Assembly (NCBI GenBank): GCA_040954595.2
Contig: CM082578.2
Location: 4,880,831-4,944,830, forward strand
From: Balanoglossus misakiensis
Taxonomy: Eukaryota; Animalia; Hemichordata
Direction: 5' to 3'
DNA length: 64,000 nt
Part shown: piece by piece, positions 53,607 through 64,000 of the stretch
How the letters are laid out: each line of letters starts with the position of its first letter
Position numbering within the stretch: position 1 is the stretch's first letter
The notes under the pieces: model-generated
Databases searched by the model: none
What the model was told of the DNA's origin: nothing
What the model saw: the letters and a program-made list of their open reading frames with translations, nothing else
Program-made: the position numbers and the translations under genes

Positions 53607-55971
53607 ATGTTTAGTCGCAAGGAATATCGCCAAGTCAGCAAGGTGGTGGGACTTCTGTTCGCCTGGTGCGCCAGCGCAGTGATGTGTGAGGACGTGCAGA
53701 ATAATACAGGTACGGCCATTCTATGTTCTTCTCGTGCAAGAAGTCGTAAAATCTTGTTTTGGCCAAGTAATGTTTGTAGCTGTCTGGCCAATCTGAAATA
53801 ATTTAACTAAATTAGCTGTAATCTGCTCACCCCGTCATGTCTTCGTCATAATGAAAGAAACACTAGCTCTCGATTGACAGTGCTAAGAAGTCTTGGCAGT
53901 ATTTTCACATGGGTATTCCATTTATTTATGTATGCCCAAACGAGACATGACAGCGTCCATTTAGCATGACTGAACGTCGTTATCGTAATTTGAGCTTACC
54001 GTTGATGATTGTAATATTGATTATTACCGCTTAACAACTTGTCGAAATAATACCGGCGTTAAATAGTTGTATTTGAGATTTCTACGCATCGCGTTATAAA
54101 TCGATGCGTGTTACTTGTAAAAATTCCTGAACTATAGCCAATCTTATGAAAGTATGTACATTGTACATGGGTCTGCAGTCAACCTCGGCTGGGCCCCACG
54201 AACACGTCAGGACAACAAGTACATCTGATCTGTATTATTGCATACGGCATGTAGGTATTGTATGTAGGACTGGCAATTCCTCGTTTAGCCAGTTGAAGCG
54301 GGACTCTGTGAATATGAAATTTCTTTATTGCATCACGGTCCCTCCATTACATGTACAAACTCGAATGCAACGAACTAAATGATTGCAGAAAGACTTATTA
54401 TCTGCCAAACGAGACTTTCAAATATTCGTTACCATAACATGCGTTTATTTTCTTCCGTTTTTCACAGCTTTGAATCCTGTGTCAATGGAAACGTATATAA
54501 CGTTTGGACCCGTTGAGGTTTATAAGGTGAGCTGGACAAGCAACTCGTCGCTGTGGATTCTGATCGTATCGATTGGTGGCGTCATCATTTTCGTAGTGGT
54601 AGTTATTGCCATTGGCGTCTGCAGGCGAACCGTCTGCAGATACTTTCGAACAACATCATCACCATCGCCGTCCGACACCCTCCTAGACGGAAGTAACTCT
54701 TTAGAACTGCATGGCATCGGTAGGTGTCGACACACTTGCACGAAAGAAAATTGTATATAGAATTGCAAGAAAATTTGCGCATAGTTTTTGAATATAGATG
54801 CTATTCCATGATTCACAGGAAGAATGAGAGTTTTAACCGATGTCTCTTCAACAATCAGGAAATATGAAAGGGGAACTTTGGCATAGGCGAAGGAGCCGCG
54901 GGGGCAGGGCAGGGGGGGGGGGGGCACTTGCGCCTCCCAATGCTGAAGTTGGGGGGGGGGCAAAGACATAATATTGCCCCCACCCCTAACTTTAGGGACT
55001 AAACATTACTTTTGAGTCCATAAAAATGCAGTTTCGAGCTCTTTATATAACAAAATTTTACACCCACCCTTTCATTCTTCATCAACCTCTTTCATTCATT
55101 GGCTGGTTTATCTAAGTGTACCAGGGCAGGGTACTTGCCTCCCCCCCCCCCCACCACCGATGCTAACTTTGCGGGGCAAAAGTAAAATTTGTCCTCCCCA
55201 ACATTGTTGAGTTCATTAAAATGCAGCTTTGCAATGCTCTGTATTTTATAAAATTTTCTAACGTGGGAGGAGACACCCCTCCACACCAAAGCCTTTAGTT
55301 CTTTTGATTTACCATGTCTGCCAACTGTTGTAATGACTGGTAATTTAAATGTATTCATGTATTATTTTAATTATTTAAATGTATTCGTGTATATAAAATA
55401 TCATTGTAAGTCATTCACCACCAGAATGTTCGTTACATTTGCCCCCCCCCCCCGACCATGAATTGCTTCCTACGCCACTGTTTGGTGGAATTTTACTTGT
55501 TGTTGTTATTATAACATTGTTCTCGTCGTCGTCGTTGTCGTCGTCGTTGTTGTGGTTGTCTCATCATTGTATGACACTACTGAATGATGGTTTCGTACTT
55601 TTATAGAACACGGCCTTTTTGAAGACCAACAGATGTACTCAGAGAGTGATTTGCCTCCCTCCTACAGTAAATGTGTTCGAGCAGGTATGATCACGTCGAC
55701 ATCCAGCTTTTTGTCACGAATCTGGGGAGGGGAGAGCAGCTCCACTTTGCCGGACTACGAGACGGTGGTGATGCGACGGGCAAGGCTCCTCCAGGACTGC
55801 GCCTTCGAAGAGGAGACCGGTGTAGATTGTGAGATGAGCGACAACGAATCGGGAATCAATATTCAAGTCGATACCGTCAACAGTGACGAAGACATAGGGC
55901 GGAATCCGAGCGAGACGACAGTTGTGGTGCATTGCCCGGCTTCAAGGAGCATGGGCCCGCCGCGCCAATAG
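53607..55971 (+). CDS. Small single-pass membrane protein with PPSY and LPDY motifs (paralog B); exons 53607-53709, 54468-54719, 55607-55971
   Basis: Signal peptide ..VVGLLFAWCASAVMC; TM LWILIVSIGGVIIFVVVVIAIGVC followed by RR; tail DLPPSYSKCVRAGMITSTSSFLSRIWGGESSSTLPDYETV; phase-1 GT-AG introns. Confidence 0.82.
54882..55480. mobile_element. hAT-like non-autonomous element with 5-bp TSD, intronic
   Basis: TTTGG|CATAGGCGAAGGA...TTCCTACGCCACTG|TTTGG; shares both terminal regions with 12228-12464 and carries the hairpin module on the minus strand. Confidence 0.68.
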
Positions 55972-57160
55972 CGAACACCCGTCTGGAACTCCGACCGATG
56001 CAGTGAAAGAGTGCTCGCATATACATGTACATTCTTGCAACGAATTATAATTGGAGGTTCGGAAGGCAATGGTCCGGGGCAACGATGTCTTACAAACATA
56101 GTGTAATGGACGCGAGCGCAAGTCTTTCAGCGTTTTTGCTTCATGAACCAGTTGTCTTCAAGTTTTACGACCACAAAATTTAATGTCGGATAATTTTCGG
56201 GAAGGCGAACTACATCGACTGAGTTGGCCTTGAGTTGTGATGTCATTGATCACGTGACATGGTTCTTGCGCGCACACAAGAGATTTTGGTAGTGTTTATA
56301 CTTTGACTTGTAGATTTTGATTTAACCTTACCAAAAAACATACTGAAGGTCGAACACTTTGTAAATAAAGAAATTACTTGTATCATTATATTTTGTTTTC
56401 GAAAATTCGTTTTAGCGCATACACATTCTTTGAAATCAATCACGTGATCTGGCCATGTGACCATCGGCATTGTAATTTCCAGGTGACGGGCAAACAATAT
56501 TTTGGCATCCAGTAAAAGTTTGTCAGAGTATGTTTTTTCTTTAGAACCACCAGACACGTAACATGTATCAGTTATGGTGCCTCACCAGCCTCGTGGCGTT
56601 TCGTTTGCACAATCATCGTCTGCCCCACGTTGCTGAAGTTGTCCGTCTTCTGGAAATTTGAATGCCAACGTAACTGCGCCTGGGCGCGTCTGACGTCATT
56701 CGATATATCAAGTGTCATGAATTGGTAATTTTTCAGAAATCATACTATCAGACTAAACTGGGCAGACAAGACCGCTAAAACAGAAGTCATTTTTAACTGC
56801 AGATATCTGCGTGTACATGTATGTCAACACTTTGCATTTTTGATAGGTCGCGGTCGTGGATATTCTGTGACTGAGATGGGTGAAGATGAAACTGGCGGCA
56901 ATTAATTATCTCCAATTCACGTACATGCGTATACGTACGAACTTGTGTAAAATCAGCACCTGTACCCGGATTCCCAGCAGTTCCGGGGCGGTTCGCCAAC
57001 TGATCATGTTTTCCCTAGTTCTGCTATAATTTTTATTGCGTTTCTGCAGCTCATGTTCGACCCACGTCCACCTTAGGTACTATATCGATTGTGATTGATG
57101 CCTGATACTATTGACGAAACCAGGACATTCCGATGCCTGATGATTACTTAAACATGAAAT

Positions 57161-57330
57161 ATTATAATTCTTAACGGTCGCACAATCGGTGTTTCCACGT
57201 GCTACACTCCTAATGGATGCACTGCAATCGATAACGGCATAACTGACTAAACCATTTATGAATCAGTGTCGACTATTTTAAAGCGCGCGATTTATCAAAT
57301 ATCTCCAACCACCGTCCCTTATCACTTTCT
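57161..57330 (+). mobile_element. Degraded non-LTR retrotransposon (APE endonuclease) relic
   Basis: Translates to IIILNGRTIGVSTCYTPNGCTAIDNGITD* and, after a frameshift, SNHRPLSL, resembling the LINE endonuclease motifs LNGR..TC...G.S.IDY...SDH.P. Confidence 0.6.
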
Positions 57331-58642
57331 GTCTCGTGTAATGTAAAACTCTGACTACTTAGCCCGGATAAATTGCATGAATATCGAAATGAGCTCGATC
57401 CGGTTATCGATCGTGCAAGTACAGCAGGCTATTGAAATTTCACTTTATGTCTGTAAGCAGCAGGCAATGAAATCAATGATTTCATCTCCAGGGACTATAG
57501 CTGTGATTTTGTGAGAGAGCGGTATCTGATGTCGAAAAACTAATCTTATTTTTACGCAGACAGTGGCAGACAGTAATGTTAAACGAAGAAAAGCACTCAC
57601 TATTTGAAAGGATCGCATATCATGTTATGCGGTCAGCGTCACACGAACCCCGGGCGTCGTTAAACTGCGGTCAGCTGTTACAAAAACGGTCCTTGAAGGG
57701 GAGGATTTTTCCTGTGTGAAATCATACGAAATACAAGACACAAGAGGTATCACTTCAACTGAGGATATTTATTTGGTAGGTAAACATGAATGATAAGTTA
57801 AACACTGATTACACAACGAATTCAAAAAACAGAGTGAACGTATACTTGGACTTACAGCGCGGCCTCATCGTTGACAACGTACATTTTGAAACGGTGTCGA
57901 ACAACTGAATATTTACATTGACTTTTTGAGAAGAAATCGCAAACAACATATTAATTGTAAATTTGTGAAATACTTCAGCAATAAACTTACTGTTAAATAT
58001 TTATATTGAAAAGGTGTCAGTTTAAAATCTAAACACAAACTTTTATCCAAGAGACACAGAGTAATTGCGGCGTGGAAACCGAAAATATCAAACTTCATGC
58101 AGCTGAAATATTGAAAGCAACAAGAGTTCATTGTGAAAAATGAAAGTCAAATTTACTGAAAATCCTGGGAACTGTCGCAATTTTGGACTGGGAGAATGTG
58201 GCATTTCCCTTCCTACGTTCACGTCCGGAGAGGTTTCGTCGCCTCTTCGGCTTGACCGGGTGACTGCAGGCTGTGTTGCTTGACGCCCCAGCGATATCCA
58301 TCGTGACGTATAACTTGCAATTTGGTCATGCTCATTTCAAAAGCAGTTAATTACTTTAACTTGACTTTACATTGGCCAGGTTGATATTAGTGGACTTGTT
58401 GCACTCGTGGGTGTGACACTGGTGAAGGTGCAGACACTGGAGGGCTCGGTACATCGACACTTCTCGATATGACATTCGCTTGGCTTGGCATGGCGGGTAT
58501 GGTGCAGTGTGGACATGTCCATGGTTGGCTAGCGCTCGACACTGGGTTGGTTAAATACAGGTGGGCTTGAAATTGGTAAGTTTGTGGCTGGTTGGCTTCA
58601 ACAGGCCCGACCGCGGGGTTGCCTGGCTTGTCACCGGCGTCT

Positions 58643-59662
58643 TTAAACTGGATGGTTCGGCAAAGGGTTGGAGTTGGCGCTGGTGTCAGACACGGTACCA
58701 AAACACCCCATGCCGAGACGAAGTGCCTGCCTGTACTGCTTACTCTTGAGGGCGTATATGAACGGATTCATGCATGAATTGCAGAAAGCGAACAGGACCG
58801 TCACGTGGTAGTACCAGCTGGTGAAATCAACAGGTGCCCCGAAGCTGTAAGCCAGATAGAGAACTTGGTTCGGTGTCCAACACACGGCAAAAGTAACAAC
58901 AACGGTTGCCAGTAGCTTGACCAGTCGCCTGCGAGCCACCAGTAAATCTTGCGTCTGGATGTTACCTCCGGCACTTTGACCAAAGGACGCCACGGGGCTC
59001 TTCAGGCTGACCATCATCTCCCGATGGGAGTAGGCCATCACCAGCAGGGGACCTAGGTAGACGACGAAAAAGATCCAGATGCCCACCAGCTCCTTGAAAA
59101 CGACGCTGGGCCAGACTATGACGCATATGCCGTCGGAGTTGCGAAAGATGTGGAACATGAAGCTCATCGACAGCATCGCGATCACCCAAACTGCAACGAC
59201 CATGGCCTTGGCCTTGGCTGGCGTGAACGCCATGTGGTACAGGAACGGGTGAACGATGGCGAAGTAGCGCTCCAGTGTCACGCAGGTGAGAGTTAGAACC
59301 GACGCCGAGAAGCTCGCCCACAGAGGGAACTTGGACAGGAGGAGACTGCAGAGAACGTCGCCGGCCAACCCCTTCGGGATGCTGATCTGCATGCCCAGAT
59401 GGAGCGGGATCATGAACACGGAGGCGATGATATCGGCCATGGCCAGGCTGAAGATGAAATGGTTTGTCAGCGTGTGCATGCTGCTCACCCTCCACACCAC
59501 AAAGCACACGGTGAAATTGCCGGGAATTCCCAGCACGGCAATCATGCCGTAGATAATTTTCACCCAGGTCTGGTTCTCGAAATTGTTCAACGTAGCCGAC
59601 GACCAGTTGTTGTCGTCGTGATCTCCCGGAGGTAGCAAAGTCGGCGCAGTTGTGTCGTTCAT
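58643..59662 (-). CDS. Class A (rhodopsin-like) GPCR, galanin/allatostatin-A receptor-like peptide receptor; single coding exon
   Basis: Seven hydrophobic helices; GN (TM1), SLAMAD (TM2), ERYFAIVHP (TM3), W (TM4), CWTPNQ (TM6), NSCMNPFIY (TM7); N-terminal N-glycosylation sequons. The C-terminus may really extend to 58387 (see findings). Confidence 0.93.
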   Translation of the reverse strand: MNDTTAPTLLPPGDHDDNNWSSATLNNFENQTWVKIIYGMIAVLGIPGNFTVCFVVWRVSSMHTLTNHFIFSLAMADIIASVFMIPLHLGMQISIPKGLAGDVLCSLLLSKFPLWASFSASVLTLTCVTLERYFAIVHPFLYHMAFTPAKAKAMVVAVWVIAMLSMSFMFHIFRNSDGICVIVWPSVVFKELVGIWIFFVVYLGPLLVMAYSHREMMVSLKSPVASFGQSAGGNIQTQDLLVARRRLVKLLATVVVTFAVCWTPNQVLYLAYSFGAPVDFTSWYYHVTVLFAFCNSCMNPFIYALKSKQYRQALRLGMGCFGTVSDTSANSNPLPNHPV

Positions 59663-60385
59663 TTCAGACGGTGACGGTGCTTGTTGAGCAGACTGGCACT
59701 GCGATCACAGGACTGCGAAGCCTGCGAATGTTGGAATTCAGAACAAGACTTTCTAGAAGGCAGGGGATTAATTTGCAAAATTAATGGAATTATAATTTAG
59801 GATATCCTACTTGTGATTGGTGAATAATATAGCTCAATATAAAATGAAAGCCCTCGATTGGACCAGTGTTGTCATAGTAGCCTTGATTTGCGCAGGGTGT
59901 GTCTCCAATATATGATAATCTAAGAGTTGAGTCCGTTGTCAGTTCCCAATTCATATAGTTTTCGAGCGCAACAAAAGACACGCAAAGTTGAGTCGGTAAA
60001 ATAATATGTCGCATGTTTCAAGTTTCACTATTTTGCTTTACGAACGTATATCATTTATCCTCTGACGTATGATAATGGTTTACTCGAAGATGATACCGGA
60101 GGAACTGAAAAATGAGATACTTCAGAGGCGGGAATATCAGCAAGAATATCACAAACAATTTTCCGTTCTTTTTAGCAGGATGCATTGTTTGAAAAGTATG
60201 ATTTAACAGAACTGAATTGAATTTCAAAGAAACAAGGTTATGGACAGGTATGAGAGAAATCTTTGGTTTTGCAGCACGTAGAATATTCTTCTGAACATCA
60301 TTTATCGTTGCTGCCAGGCCAATTGTTTTTCATGCGGCTTCGTTTGGTTCTGCGCATGCAGGGGCCAAATACTGACATTACTTAA

Positions 60386-60716
60386 AGGGACAAAGTCTCT
60401 CTCTCGCTAGCCCTTTTGCCATTAATTATATGAGTACATGTGGATATATAGTCAATCAACGTTCAACCACACACAACTTCCATCCCATTTGTAGACATGA
60501 GAGTGAAAAAACTCGCCAAAATGAATAATCGGTGTTTACCATTTATTCATTTTGGGTGAAGTTTTACTCTCATATCATACACGCGGGATGGAAGTTTTGT
60601 GTGGTTGAACGTTCATTCACTACATATACACATGTACAGTGTACATTAACATAAACGGTGTCTTGTATCAAACATAATTAATGGGAAAAGGGCAGCGAGA
60701 GCGAGACTTTGTCCCT
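60386..60716. mobile_element. Kolobok/T2-type foldback MITE (complete ends)
   Basis: TTAA|AGGGACAAAG...CTTTGTCCCT|TTAA. Confidence 0.86.
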
Positions 60717-61618
60717 TTAACAAGACAGGGGTGGTGGTCATCAGCAAACATTGCTCCCAACTGTCCTTTATAGAGCGGGAGACGATACTTAAGAATGCGA
60801 CATAACAAATGGACGCTTTCGGGAATTGTCGTTTTCCTGTCAATTAGTCCGAACCCCAATAATAGACGTTTACGTGGGGCTACTGTGCATGGCACAAATG
60901 AAAGGAAACCCCAAAATATGCCCCGAAATAAAATAACATACAAAATCACCATAGGCCCTGGAAGGAATGCTGTAACCAGAGAATGAAACAGTTAATATGT
61001 CACATCATTTGACTTGCAGATAGATCTGCTCACGTGTTTCTGACGCGTGAGGAAACCACAGAAGAAAAACGAATGCACTGTGACTTAGCACATGTTAGAT
61101 ATCCTTTGCACGTCGCTATTGTTGGTTATTCGACCACTGTTTCCGTCTTTACTCTGGAGGCTACAAGGCTAGATCTATAGACCAGAGATTGCTAATGAGA
61201 GTATTGTGCAGAAACGAACAATACATGGCTTAATTGGTCACTGGTAAACAATGTATACACGTTGACATAAAATATATGACGGCAGTGAAACCCTCCTCCA
61301 AATAAGTCCCCTGTTATCAAATAATCGTTCAGGAGGTTAATGGCACCTGTAATACTATATACGAAAATCTCTGTAATCACGACAGAATTACCCATGGTCT
61401 CTGACAGAATAATGACAGTAGATTGAAAGCGTTCACAGCGGGTGACTTGGTGATCAGTTCAATGACTTTCCTGCAGGAGAGAATGGCCGGATGAATGAGC
61501 ACGAATGAGACGGAAGATATTTATAGAAAAGCTAAACACTTTAGTATTATTTTCCACGAAAGAAAGCGAATATGGCATCTACATTCCACCAACCGGATAA
61601 CACGCACGCGCGCGCGCA

Positions 61619-61756
<138 letters not shown>

Positions 61757-62535
61757 GGATCTCAGTCTCACTCCTTGCATAAAATCAATTAAAAGTATTA
61801 TGCTCTAACGAATAAAATAAGCTGTTTTACGCACAGTATTAAAATGTTGTAAAGCAACGGTGATAAGGTTAAAATCTCGAAAATATTTCGGAGTGATATG
61901 GAAAGGAATGTGGTTCTGGCCTGCATCAAGACACCTACAGGCACATTAGCCGCTTGGCGACTCTCTGAACACGTGGTGTCATACCGTGTCAAGCTACGGA
62001 ATCTTATTATCACACACTATATCATCATTTGCAACACTTAAGCAGAGGTAGAGTAGAGTGAAGTAACGGAGCATTGCAGTGCTGTGTATAATCTATTTAC
62101 ATGTATTTCGATCGCGAGAAGATGACACCAGTCAACAATACACTGTTTCTCATGGTTCAACCTATGGAATGTGTTGTTCGAGCATATCTTTTCATTTAAC
62201 TGTTTACGTCTAAACTAATTGTGCTTAGTTTAGTTATACTAAAACTGTATGATTTAATTTGATTTCGAAACCATGCTCTTTCGACGATTCAGTTCCTTTT
62301 TACCTAGGGACATTTGCTCTCTGCGAACTTACATTTACCTTATCCTATCCACCTCCCTAGCAATGTTGAATGGGAATTGCCAGAGTGGTTAAAACAAGAA
62401 TGGCTGCTCTTTGACATATTTGTGAGTTCATATACAGTAAGATAGCAATATGAAATCATTTGTATCAGAAATTCTCACAGCCATTTTAACATTAGAATAT
62501 GGAGAGAGCCTTGTTGATCTAATCTCTATGGAAAT

Positions 62536-62590
62536 TAGTCTGGTTCCCTGCCCTAATCCCACCGCTGGCTGCGCTACCTAAAGGGAAAGG
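62536..62590. mobile_element. Solo end of the Academ-type MITE
   Basis: TAGTCTGGTTCCCTGCCCTAATCCCACCGCTGGCTGCGCTACCTAAAGGGAAAGG matches the 21052 TIR; no partner end seen in the window. Confidence 0.7.
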
Positions 62591-64000
62591 TGCAAGTGAT
62601 CACTTTCTAGGTGAACACCAATAAGAAGTTAGTTTTATGGTCACGTGATTACATTTCTTGTGCAAATTTCCTGGTGTAGAAGACCGTGCGTGGTTGTGGG
62701 TAATTTTTAGACGTAGGACATGGCCGCTTGGGGGTGAGCCATGTTGGTCTAATCTCTGTTGAGTATAATTTAGTGGCTCTTCGCTGCCATAGCCAGCGAA
62801 TAATCTCTTGCTGTTTTGTTGTCGGAGACGTTACGTGGTCGTGTTTTGTCGGCTGAGTACGTTTGATTTTGAAGTATTCTGTGAAAGTCACCATATACCA
62901 GTTAGAACCCTGTTGAATCTGACTGTTAAACACTGCTGCTTTACAAACCTGACTCCCAATCCGATTCCTTGAGAATATTCAAGATTTGGTGTGATTTACA
63001 CGAACTTACGGTGAGTATTCCCTTTCTTTGTAACAATTCAGTGAACAACAAGTTTTTATTCTTTGTAATATTTTTTTAAACTTCTCACATACTTCAATAT
63101 AGCAAATTATTTGAAGTTTTTTTTTTTTTTTTTTTTTTGGGGGGGGGGCTATCATTTTTCTGAAAATCTGTTCCCGCGGCGCATACAACATTCAAGCAAA
63201 GTGTTTTTTTCCCGTTAACATGCATGCCTGTCAAATAAGTAAGTGTTATGAAATGCCTTCTATACCAGACACTTCCTGCTGCAATCTCAACACAACTGAA
63301 GTACATGTATGTGGAGATGATTTCTTAAAAAATCCTTTGTCGAGGACTAAAGGAAAGGGCTAGTGCAATGTTACACGACATTTTGTCATAAGCATACGAA
63401 CATTTTCCAACTGGGTCTTTTAATGTAGTTTCTACAGATATTTTTAGAACATTCGAAATGTTTGTTTGTGCACGAATTAACAACTACGGCGTTGTCTTAC
63501 TTCGCAACGGCAGTATTTTTTTTAGCAGTAAACTGTAATAGTGTACCCTAAGAGGTCATGCGTTTGTCGGTGTGGTGGTAATAAATAACGCATGCATAGC
63601 TAGAGTAATTTACGCCGGAATGTCAACATGACGATCTCAAAATATAAACGTGGGAAAATAGTACTAAAGAGACTCGCCGAGCTCGTGGTGCAATATAGAT
63701 GATGAGATCTCACGAGATTTGGTTGATTTTCTAGATGATGAGATCTCACGAGATTTGGTTGATTGCCTTAGAAATGGGTTGATATGGCCAAGTAACACAT
63801 GTCAAACTTTTGTATGAAACTAGAATATGTGCATGGTTTAAAGCAATTGTAATTTTTGCAGTAACAATTGGCCATGTGATTTTGTCTTGTGTCATATAAG
63901 AAAGTGTTCCCATATACATGTAAACTGCAAAACCATGCGAGATCTCGCCGAGTCTCGTAGAGTTTTGAAAATGGTCAACTGTACGCCCTCTTGGGTTTGG

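Noticed and set aside
62649-62933. 94-aa minus-strand ORF
   Set aside because: No recognisable motif or convincing splice context.
63696-63764. Two-copy tandem duplication of about 36 bp (TAGATGATGAGATCTCACGAGATTTGGTTGATT)
   Set aside because: Simple local duplication; no TIR/TSD could be established near the window end.

Overview
AT-rich, intron-containing animal genomic DNA. The gene and transposon repertoire suggests a marine invertebrate deuterostome (inference). Hand-spliced host genes: the 3' part of a C-type lectin + F5/8 (discoidin) gene (+), a secreted pentraxin (-), a 13-exon Asp/His-rich-CUB-CUB-LDLa-5xEGF-TM receptor with PPxY/NPxY tail (+), an LRR-caspase fusion with QACQG (+), two paralogous small single-pass PY-motif membrane proteins (+), and an intronless class A peptide-type GPCR (-). 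The standout is a 4,754-bp near-perfect palindrome (22428-27181) in an intron of the receptor. It has AGTAGT...ACTACT termini and a 6-bp target-site duplication (GAAATA), the Polinton/Maverick signature, but encodes no Polinton proteins. It carries two converging copies of a spliced, C-terminally truncated PIF/Harbinger transposase that meet at a 20-nt loop, consistent with an integrated snap-back defective Polinton genome. The window also has many non-autonomous DNA transposons with readable TIRs and TSDs (Kolobok-, Harbinger-, Academ-, hAT-, Tc1/mariner- and Helentron-type), a LINE endonuclease relic and several microsatellites. All calls were made by eye; no database searches were run.
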